A stretch of 64,000 nt of DNA from contig MU004234.1 of NCBI GenBank assembly GCA_010405405.1, forward strand, positions 1,825,275 to 1,889,274, written 5' to 3'. The notes under the pieces are model-generated. The model was not told where the DNA came from and did no database searches. It saw only the letters and a program-made list of their open reading frames with translations. The DNA is from Microthyrium microscopicum. Taxonomy: Eukaryota. Within the stretch, counting starts at the first letter, position 1. The number at the start of each line of letters is the position of its first letter. The translations under genes and the position numbers were made by a program. This document shows positions 11,776-22,029 of this stretch, in pieces.

Positions 11776-14378
11776 ATGGACATGGACGTTGTTGGCCAGA
11801 ATGTATTGGTGACACTCATAGACCCTCCCGGTCGAATGGTTCAAGGAGTCATTGTTGAGGTTGTCACAAATCCTGAGACTGCGCAGGCTCTAGTTCTCCG
11901 CAATGGTAAGTGCTTGCTCATGTCTGTCAGAGCCCCAATGAACCTGTCTAATCTTCCTCAGCGCTGTTCCGTGACACTGGCCATCGCTTTCCGACAATAC
12001 CTCTTCCAGCAGCAAATATCAAGGACATTTCGACATTAAACCTGCCTCCCTTACCTCCTCCGATTGTCGAAGCTGCTGCTGCCCCTGCTCAGTCCCAAAA
12101 TCAAAAGCCTCCACCCGTTCAGTTACCTGTCGACCCAGCTATCGTTTCCGTTGGCAAGTCACGTCCTACTTCACAGATATATCGCGGTCAAGACCTGGTA
12201 CAAGCTACTCAATCAACGAGCCATCGCTTATCGACTACGTCATCATTGGCATCTGGCCATATCCCACAAGGCACCGTTACAACAGCTTGGGGCAAAGGGC
12301 CCAAAGTCACCAACGCTGCGCGCCTCAATGGACCATTTTCTGGCACGGATATAAACGGTCTGAAAGGTGGAGGTGATGCGACGGACGAAGAAGCTACTGA
12401 TAAAATCCCCACTGGTCCCAAGTCGCAGCGCAAGCAGCGTGCTGCTCCTGTGGCCAATCAACCTGCGCCGCGTCCGCCATTTACAATTCTACGGAGGGAA
12501 AGCAAGCTCAAGGAAGCAATTGTTCCTCCCGTGAATGATGAACTAGTGCGACGGGAATCGATCCAGACGTCTGTTACTGTTACTGCTGCGAAGATTGCCG
12601 CAACCCAGTCGCCAAAACGATCACGGAAGAACCAGCGCGAGTCCCGGCAAGGTGCCCAAACAGGCTATTCTGGAAAAGGTTGGCGTCAAAGCCCAATGCT
12701 TAAGGAAGCTGGTGGCGATGAAGCGGAGAACTCACATGCACCATCAACCAAGTCTCGTAGAAGGAAGGCTCAAAAAGGTCGCGTCACAAGGGAAGACCGT
12801 ACAGGTTGGGCTACTGAGGATGCCACTGATATTCAAGAGATGGGTGATTTCGATTTCGAGGGTAACCTTGGCAAATTTGACAAGAAAGGCGTATTTGAGC
12901 AACTCCGTCGAGAGGATGTTGTCCCAGAAGAGCAACGTCTTGTCGGTCACAACAAGATTGGAAAGAAGCCCATTGTTGCCTCGCGACCTGGAACCTTTGG
13001 TGGCACAAAGCTGCATCCTACTGAAAATGTTCTGGATGTGAAGCCAGTATCGCGTCGAGGTAGTGCCCGACAGCGTTCACTGTCTTCAGATACATCCTCT
13101 CAGGAGGACGTGGAAGATATCCGTGCTGGTAGCCGACTTTCTTCTCGGTTGCAACAGAAAAGGTTTCCCAAGAAGACTTCGTCCACGAACCTCTCAAAGA
13201 TGGGTCTTACCAGCATCGAAGCTGCAGCCAGCACCAGATTTGATAATTCCGATCTACTACCGCTGCATGTACGGCACACAAATACGGCATCATCAACATC
13301 TAATGGAGCGTTACCTAGAATGACCCCGTCCGAATCCGAAGGCCTTGCTTATGAAGAGGCTGAAAGCACAGTAAGCGTCAACTTTTATGTCGGGAAAAGT
13401 CGTACAATCTGCCCAGTTATTACCCCAGGTGGCATGTCGGCATTGGAAGATCTAGCAATCTCGGAGCACAAATTAAAACTGCAAACCATCAACGAGAATG
13501 CTGGGCGCAGCTTGGCAGAAATCGTCCTTGCAGAATTCACCGAAGGCAAACACCAAATGTCCACATCGCCCACCGCCATCTTCCTTGTTGGCAACCACCG
13601 AGCTGGTGCCCGCGCTCTCGTCGCTGCTCGCCATATGCGCAACCGCGGATTTAAGACTGTCTGCTGCGTTCTCGGCCTCGATCGCCCGGGCAGCCAACTC
13701 GACGTGGAAGTAGACAAGCAGCTACGCACCATTCGCCGCACACCCGAGGCTGTCGTTGCCAATTGGCGCGAAGTCCACAAGTACCTTCTCGTTAATGAAG
13801 AACAAGGTTACTTTGCCGACGTCTGGATAGATGCGCTCCTTGCACCAGGTCACTCCTACGACACTCTTGTACCTGAAGACCAGAACGCTGTGCGCGATAT
13901 GGTCGCTTGGACTAATAAGCGGCCAGCAGGCCACGGACCACGTGTAATCTTCAGTATCGATACACCCTGTGGTATTAATGCAAGCAATGGTAGGCCTGAA
14001 GTACACACTCTCCTTGAATCTCCTACTAATGCGCTCGCAGGCGAGATACTATCGACAGAGACTAGCAGTCGTGTCCATATGCATTCGAGCTATATAGTGT
14101 CCATGGGTGCGCCGCGCACGGGTTTACTGGTGGCATTAAGAAATGCTTGGAGCGTGTTTACGGCTGAGGGTGCCAGAAACTACTCGTCGGCGTGGACAGA
14201 GGCGCTGTTAACGGTCGCGGTGTATGTCGTTGATATTGGCATCAATGAAGTTTGGCGCGCTTTTGGCCAGCAGCTTGGGCTAGCGACGGGCTCTGGCGTG
14301 GACTTTGGTATGAAGTGGTATCGCACACTAAGGCTTGATACACCGCCGGGTAGCGATCAGGAACTGGAGACTGAATAA
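11776..14378 (+). CDS. EDC3: Enhancer of mRNA decapping protein 3 (LSm-like N-terminus, FDF motif, YjeF_N domain)
   Basis: GWATEDATDIQEMGDFDFEGNLGKFDKKGVFEQLR (FDF motif); YjeF_N motifs ENAGRSLA, GNHRAGARALVAARH, IDALL, SIDTPCG, SMGAPRTGLL and DIGI. Introns at 11906-11960 and probably 13990-14040. Confidence 0.92.
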
Positions 14379-14742
14379 TTCTCGAAGCTTTAGAAAGGGT
14401 AGGAAGAGACGGCATGTTTTGGAACGTAATGGTAATGAAGGTACGAATCACAAGATGACTAGCATGGAAGGAAGAAGAACATTAAGCAGCATACATTTTT
14501 GTAATATAGCATCAGCACTGGGCATTTTCAGAAGTGCGAAGCGATAAAAATATTGTAATCAAGCGTGGCATTTGCTCGTCTTATAGACATATGCTACATA
14601 AAACCATCATCTCAATTAACTCATATCTACCCAACCAGATCCTAGTTGTGCAGAGAGCCATGTCCAAACCCAATATCTTCGCCTACCAGCTATGCATCTA
14701 GTTTATTTACCATCCAAAAGGGCTTTTATGTCGTATCCACAT

Positions 14743-15549
14743 TTACTGGGAAGATCCACCAGAAATTGTGATGATTTGTCCGTTGACCCATCCACCATCG
14801 TCGCTGGCGAGGAAAGCGACCACGCGTGCCACATCCTCTGGCTCAGCACAGCGGCCGAGTGGGCAGTTATCTGCCATCATCTTCTCGATAGTGGAGCCGG
14901 GAATATCTGGTGTGCCGCCGGGAATGTAGTGCCATGCGTTTTGAGTGAACATGTCGCTCTTGATGCCACCAGGTGCTACGCCGTTGACTGTGATGCCGCG
15001 GGCACCGAAATCAGTCGCGAATGCCTTGACGAAACCAATAACCGCCATCTTGCTGCCGTTGTATAGCGCATGGTTCTTAACACCAAGAAGCCCAGCTGCG
15101 ATACTGCTCATGAGGATCACACGTCCATCATTCTCGAGGTATTTGAACGCCGCTTGGCCAACGAAGAACTGTGCGCGGGTGTTGAGGTTAAAGACATGGT
15201 CGAATTTCTCTTCCGTGATATCTTCAGTCTTGTCCCAGCTTTCTGTGCCGCTGTTGCTCATGACAATGTTGATTTTGCCCAGTGCCTTCTTGGACTCGGT
15301 GAACAGGCGGTCGATTTCGGACACTTTGGAGACATCTGCTTGGATGGCGACGGCTTTGGCACCATTGTTGAAACCTTCGATGATCTTGACGACTTCGTTG
15401 GCTGGGCCTTCGGATGAGACGTAGTTGACGATGACGGAGCAGCCGCGCTTGCCGAGCTCGATGGCGCAGCCGCGGCCGATTCCGCGGCCGGCGCCGGTGA
15501 TGAGGGCGACTTTGCCTTCGAGGGAGGCGGTGGGGACTGCGAGAACCAT
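14743..15549 (-). CDS. arp2: 1,3,6,8-tetrahydroxynaphthalene reductase (DHN-melanin SDR, Arp2/4HNR-like), intronless
   Basis: TGAGRGIG, SNSG, FNLNTRAQFFVG, YNGSK (YxxxK) and APGGIKSDMFTQNAWHYIPGG, typical of naphthol reductases. Confidence 0.85.
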   Translation of the reverse strand: MVLAVPTASLEGKVALITGAGRGIGRGCAIELGKRGCSVIVNYVSSEGPANEVVKIIEGFNNGAKAVAIQADVSKVSEIDRLFTESKKALGKINIVMSNSGTESWDKTEDITEEKFDHVFNLNTRAQFFVGQAAFKYLENDGRVILMSSIAAGLLGVKNHALYNGSKMAVIGFVKAFATDFGARGITVNGVAPGGIKSDMFTQNAWHYIPGGTPDIPGSTIEKMMADNCPLGRCAEPEDVARVVAFLASDDGGWVNGQIITISGGSSQ

Positions 15550-17249
15550 GGTTTGTTTTTGGAGGTGGTTATGGAAGGGTGGTTAAGTGGTCTTGAGAGG
15601 GTTAATTAGCTACGTGAGTTCGATACAACCAACGACCATGAGCTGACTCTACATACAGTTGTATAGATGTCAATTGAGACAAGATAGCGAAGGTTCAGGA
15701 GAAGCAAATGATATTCGAAACCCCATCGCTGACAACCAGCCGCCTCCATTTATATACAGCGGGTCGGGTGGAGCCCAAGGCGGGGATCCGGCATACCAAC
15801 ACACGCAACGAAAATCATAATCCAATGGATAGCTTACCGTACCGACCAAGCTCTGCCGCGCCAACTTCATTTCTGCCGACCAGCCAAAACGCAGAGTGCA
15901 GACATTGCAGATGAACTGTTACGAGGTGGCCATAGTAGCTACACGAGAACGGTCGAGGGTGTTGATGAAGAGACGTGGGGAGCAAAGTGTGAGAAGTGTG
16001 TATATGTGCGGCAGTAAATGGTGGAGCGTGCGCTAGAGCTGTCAAAAGATGATTGCCGTTGAAACAATTGATGATGGGCATCCGGTCCGAAGCTGCAAGA
16101 GCTCCTGAAGCTACGATTTAATCGGGGCCGATCGTCGGCGATGTGGGTTTCAGCCGCATGCTAATTCTCTTGGAGTTTAGTTGCAAGGCTGGCAGGTCTT
16201 GTTGGCTGCTTCTCCGTGGTGGTTCTATTTCTAGCCTGCCTGATCGAGTTATTTTCAGCCTGATGGACGGATTAGAAAATTTATACTTGGGCGAACAATT
16301 CAGTTCTGGCTCAAATCAATTGAGATGTGTCAATCCAAATCCAGATTTGGACTCAAACTTGTTTTCGGAGGCAGAAACATATTTCGTTAGATGCAGATTT
16401 TCAAATCGAGCATATTCTGTTTCGCCTTGTGTCTGAGCCTTGTAGCAATAAGCCGTTCAAAATAGCTGAACTAATCCCCTTTTATTTTTCATCTTTCATT
16501 TGAAGTCCTGATTAATTGCGTGGAGCAGCAATTCTTTCTACGGAGAATTCTTTAGAAGACAGATGGAAAAAGTGTTTTGGCGTTCCCCGAGTAGTTCATG
16601 TACAAAGTTAGCGAAAATGGCTAAAATCATCAGGTTTACATGTGGTCTAGTTGTTCGCAGAAATTAGCACGAAGAAAGGGCAAAGCTATCATCGCTAGGG
16701 TCTTCTAAGGTCTAAATACCGGCTTACTAACAAAAGGTTTAGAAGCAAAGAGTTTGACCAGCTTTACCTCGAGTATTGAAATTTCCCAAAACGTAAGGCT
16801 ATAAGCCTAGGAGTAAAATCATCGATCTTACGAAAACCTAGGTAGTGCTTACGGGGAATAGACAGATGCCTAGTAGGTCCAGTACTTGACGAAGTCTTGT
16901 GCGCCCCTAACCTTGCGAGCAAATCCCACATAGCAAGAGGACGATTTCCGCCTGAGGACTGCATGAGCAGTCCTTTTTTTGAGTATCGGTGATTCGGATT
17001 TCATTGAAATGAGTATCTTTAATATCTGACCGTTTTTTCGAAGCGCATTATTCCAGTTTTTATTGCTCTTCGATTCGCTTCGTTGATTTGATTAACGTTT
17101 AAGGCACCTGAACATTGATCTGTTTGTGTTCCTTCAGATACGGTGGTTTTAAAAAGCATGTCTCTTGCCCAGATATCATCTTACTTGAGTATTTACCGTT
17201 CAAAGTCTTTTAGAAGCTTATGAACGCAATACCAAGATTGAATCGGTGT

Positions 17250-17267
17250 ACTTTTCAGCCAGCCAGT
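17250..17267. promoter_or_regulatory. 18-bp element acttttcagccagccagt, copy 1 (contains GGCTGA on the minus strand)
   Basis: An identical 18-mer lies at 20139-20156. This copy is ~470 bp upstream of the lactonase ATG. Confidence 0.45.
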
Positions 17268-17739
17268 AAGCGAAGTTGTCAACATGTCGTCGGCATATCC
17301 AGTATGGCATTGCTAGGGCTTAAGAAGCACATTCCATAGCGCACTCTCTGGGTGAAGTGAATACTGTACTTTCTGATGGAGATATCCAGTAGTTTTTACC
17401 CGAAAGAGCTACCGCTGACATTGATGAACTCAAGAATTTTCGTTCTCGGTCAAAGTCTGTGTTTCCTCGAAAATCAAATAATGAGCATATCACGGTCTCT
17501 AAAACAGCTTCAACAGTGGCTAGTGTCGCCACATCAGACTTGTCCGAAAGCCGACGTCCGTGCGGATATATATATGAATGGTACTTGGTCTATCCTCAAT
17601 TTTATACAACCTAACAAGTAGCTTCCATTGACGAAGAAATCTAAAGAAGCATCATGCCAACTTCACTCCTTCTGTTGACCAATTTTGGGAGCAACAAAAC
17701 CAACGATACTTTGCCTGATCCCCAGAACATGGAGTAAAG

Positions 17740-18968
17740 ATGCTGTTCTTATATCTCCTAATCCACAGCTTGGGGTTGGTGAAAGCAGCAAAGCATCAGC
17801 TGTTCACAAGCACATATGGAACACCATTTATATACACAGTGGAATTCGACGACGAGGCAAACACATTAAAGCTACTAGCCAACACGAGCGTACCCGCGGC
17901 GAGCCAATGGTTAGTGTTAAGTGTAAGTTCATAAGCCCTGTGCAGCAGACGTCAGTGGATTGACAGTATACTAGCATGATAAAAAGAACTTGTATGGAAC
18001 TTCAACCACAGACAAGAGAACAGAGTTTCTCAGTTATGCGGTGACGAGTCCAACATCCATTAAATACAAGACCACAACTGTTGCGGGTACTTGTGCCGCC
18101 AGGACAATCCATGTGGACGCCTTGCAAGTACCACCATACACAGTATATGGCGTACCATGGTATGGAGCAGACAACAACTGCGGTGGCGTTATGGCAGTTG
18201 ATGATCAGGGAGTTATTGTCAAATCCGTCCAGAACTATACTTACTCTCCGGGCTCTGCCCTCCACGGTCTTGCATTTCATCCGGAAGGCACTTTCATGTA
18301 TTCGGCAGACTTGAAGGGCAAAAAGCTATGGACTCATGCAATCGATCGAGCTACTGGAAAGCTGACGCTCGTCACGAGTGACAAGAGTCATGGAGAACCA
18401 AGGCATGTCAGCGTGCATCCCAAAGGCAAATATGCATACGCTATGCTGGAAGATACTAATGAGGTCTCTGTGTATTCTATCGACAGCACAACTGGCGCCG
18501 CCAAGTATACTGGAAAATCACATTCTGTTCTTTCATCCAGTGAGATAACCAACGTCTTGTAAAAGTATCACTATAGGTCACTAATACTGCATAGAAGATA
18601 AGACTGCGCACAGAGCGGCTACAGTGCGACTATCTGCAAGCGGTAACATGCTCTACGCTACGACTCGCGGCTCAAGAACTCCCGGTGCAAAAGGCTCCGT
18701 GTCTGCTTTCACTTTGAAAGCAGATGGTAGCATTGCGAGTCAAGATTTTATCATTCCGACCACAACTGGTGGCGGAGGTGCTAATCAAGTGGCACCAACT
18801 ATCTTCGATGACAACTATTTTGCTATCATTGACAGTGGGACTGGTTTCATTGAAATGTGGAAGAGGAACAAGGACGGAGCTGGTGCTGCCGTCATTGCCC
18901 ACTTGGATTTGGCGGATAGCACAAGGCCTGGCAATGGTTGCTGTTCCAACGCCGTGTGGTATTCTTAG
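17740..18968 (+). CDS. Secreted 7-bladed beta-propeller lactonase (carboxy-cis,cis-muconate cyclase / aldonolactonase family), 3 exons
   Basis: Signal-peptide-like MLFLYLLIHSLGLVKA; SALHGLAFHPEGTFMYSADL; EPRHVSVHPKGKYAY; TTTGGGGANQVAP; ends CCSNAVWYS. Introns at about 17922-17974 and 18540-18593. Confidence 0.85.
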
Positions 18969-20138
18969 ATATAAGGACATTCGAATTGAAATTAGGGAAG
19001 GAGCATCAAGAAATACACTTATATCCTACTGAAGCCTCCTTTGCATACAATATTGTTATGAATGATGAATCTGCCAGCCAGGCCTAGTAGCTACAAGCAC
19101 AACAGGTCATTCATAAATCGATGAAAAAAGTAGTTGCATGGCTCAGAAGGGCGACATAAGGAACCATCATAATCTAATATTTGCCGATCGTTCATCTGCC
19201 ACTGGGTAGCTTGAAGGAAGTCTTTTTCAAAGTAATGAGGTACCATTGCGCGTCTTTTACGTGTATGCTAGCAAGACGTACTCACAGTAATACATTCCTA
19301 CAGACACGCGTATATATAGCGTTGGATAGATTACTCATAGTTCCACGGTACATGTGTATTGGACCCTTGCTTAACAGTAGGCTCAGATCCAGCCTATGAA
19401 GTTACACGTTCTAGAAGATTTCGAAATCTAGGGGAGTAATGCTAGCGAAATTGGAAAAGCGATCGGTCATTGGCAGTGTGGACGCTTTTCATATCTCTAG
19501 CTAGGGTAGGGATTCACAACTTCATATAGTTCTAATCTAATTTATCACAGAACCCTACCACACCAAGACTGTCACCTTGGGAAGGGCCCGCGGTCCATAA
19601 GATTCGTCAAGATATATTGGATTGTCCATCTTTTATCTGTCGGATCTGGCTTAGGCCTATGAGCTACACTAGTATTTACCGAGATCTACATGATTAGCTG
19701 CAGCCAATATCCGATTGGATTGTCAATGTCTTTTGACTGTTCTTTGACTTACAAGAACATGTGTGTCAGGTGCAACAGAAAGACATTCTCTTTGGCCCAG
19801 TGACGCGGCCAAAGCAATGCTAATCCTAGTTATTTCAAGTCTCTCGACACTTCATGGCTTTATGCTTCTATAATGTTGTTTGCTATTCAATGTGAATGCA
19901 GTTCTACTGAGTTCAGCAAGGGTGCAGAGACAGGAACTAAACTTTGACATGTACATTTTCTGGATCAGTGGCAAATGAATACTTTGAACGAAATCCAGCC
20001 AATCAACAAAAGAAAAACATAATATCTATGTATTCGATGTAAAGTTATTCAATGCCTCAAGTCTATCTACTATCTAGAACACATCATATATGGTTGAAAT
20101 CGGCATGTCGGCGTGATTTCCACAGGGCTAAAACTACG

Positions 20139-20156
20139 ACTTTTCAGCCAGCCAGT
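20139..20156. promoter_or_regulatory. 18-bp element acttttcagccagccagt, copy 2, with neighbouring GGCTAA sites
   Basis: Identical to 17250-17267. GGCTAA at ~20126 and TTAGCC at ~20189. Lies ~335 bp upstream of ATG 20492. Confidence 0.45.
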
Positions 20157-20491
20157 CACTGAACAATATTATGCAAAGTAAGCACCTATTAGCCTTAATG
20201 ATATATATTGAATATTCGGCTATGTCCCGGCTTGGTAGGTACATATTGCTACTTCACTTTATTCCATACCATCTTTACTATCGCCCATGGCCGCAAGACC
20301 AATTTAAATGGAATTCTCACAAAACCGTAGCCCGATGACCCCGTGGTTCTCGAGGGCCATGCGGAGATCTATAATACTACAGTATCTTTATAGCGCGGCT
20401 GTCATCTTCTTTGCTTGAAGTTGCTAACCAACTTGGACACACTCTTTTCAACCATTTCACTTCACCAAGAGAACATTCGCTCCCTATCACA

Positions 20492-21627
20492 ATGAAGTTC
20501 GAACTTGCTGCTGCGTTGCTCAGCATCGCCTCGGTGCAGGCCACTGCTATTCCAGCTGCCTTCCCAGAGCCTCAGCTTACTGCCGCTGCTCTCAATGTAC
20601 CCCGAATGATCACACCAAAGTACCGAACTACCGCGAAGCGTGCCATTATCCGATATCCCGCCTTCACATTGGCCGCCAAAGGAGTACGCGAACAAACCAT
20701 TCTCTCTAAGAACCCCATAAACTAACAAAAATGTAGAAAGGAAGTGGACTCTCCATGGACCCCAAAGGCCAAGCCGGTATTTTGAGAGCTGGTGCAGGCA
20801 TGTGCAGCTCATGCACTCTTTTGTCTGCCCATTACCGTCTGGTTCATCCTGATGGCAAGGAAGCCACTGCCCACGAGGGTGTCTATATCCATCACATGAC
20901 TTCTTTCTTGAGCCCCAAGAACTCTTCGAACCCAATTGGCGGTCTTTCTTCCGGTGGCGGATCAATTGGAGGAGCAGCTTACTTTATCGATCGTGGTGAG
21001 GATTCTGGTCAGACCGATACCATCTTCACCTCCCATGATGGTACATTCAACTCCGGTTACCACATTGTCTCCAAGCCCTCAATTACCGTCTCATATGATT
21101 TCGTCAACTACGAAGATAGCCCCAGACAGCTACACCTCGAGCTCGAGTATGAGTACATGGATGGTATTGTCGGACAAGACGCTGGACACACACTCAAGTC
21201 TGTTGCTGGATCCCCAAAGACCTCCGGAAAATCCACCGGATCTATGACCGTTAGCCGAGCCACCACCATCATGTGGGCTCGTGGCCATTTGCACGCCGGT
21301 GGAGACAGCATGACCCTAAAAGTCAACGGTGTTGTCAAGTGCGTTTCCAAGCCAACCTACGATTCTGAGGGCGTCATCACCACCATGTCAATCTGCCCAG
21401 AGTCAATCCCACTCAAGGCGAGAGACGCAATCACCATCGAGTCTGTGTATGACACTACCAAGCATCCTCTGTAAGTGACCCTCAAAACCGTTACCCTGAC
21501 CTGTCGAAATCACGATACTAATAACCTGAATAGCCGCAAGGCCACAGATGGCTCCGGTCACGGTGCACATGGTGTTCTAGGTGGTTCCGATGTTATGGGC
21601 ATGTTCGCAATGTCATATACCACATAG
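20492..21627 (+). CDS. Secreted protein with copper type II monooxygenase (PHM/DBH/SURNod19)-like motifs, 3 exons
   Basis: Signal peptide MKFELAAALLSIASVQA; YIHH (20890-20895); GHLHAGG (21286-21294); DVMG near the C-terminus (ATG 21595). Introns 20684-20736 and 21471-21533; stop at 21625-21627. Confidence 0.7.
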
Positions 21628-22029
21628 GAGATGGATTTCTAAAACTTAAATACGCATGTAGCGTTGTATTTTGTAAATATATACAGTCAAATGACTTTTT
21701 CTTTCGCAGTAGCGATCTCTTCCATTGGCGGAGTTAGTTTCTCAACGAAATAGTGTGGCATGAAGACGATACGTTCTAGGCAGTGGTGTTTCGTGACGAA
21801 ACTTTCGCCGTCATGGGCACTTGAGAGTCGGGCGTCATGATGTAGTATGTGTAATGGTCTCGAATACGAGAAGACGTTCACTTTTAAACATTACTAGCTA
21901 AGGCGAACAAGAAACCATTAGGATGAGGCTCTCCCAAAGCATGTAAGCTCTGGAAACCTCATTACCATCGAAGCATATATCATTCCAACACTATCGGAAA
22001 AAATAGTAGAAGGGCAAAGGTCGAGATCT

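Noticed and set aside
14743..15549. Melanin biosynthetic gene cluster
   Set aside because: No PKS, scytalone dehydratase or Cmr1-like regulator in the window; a lone reductase is ordinary.
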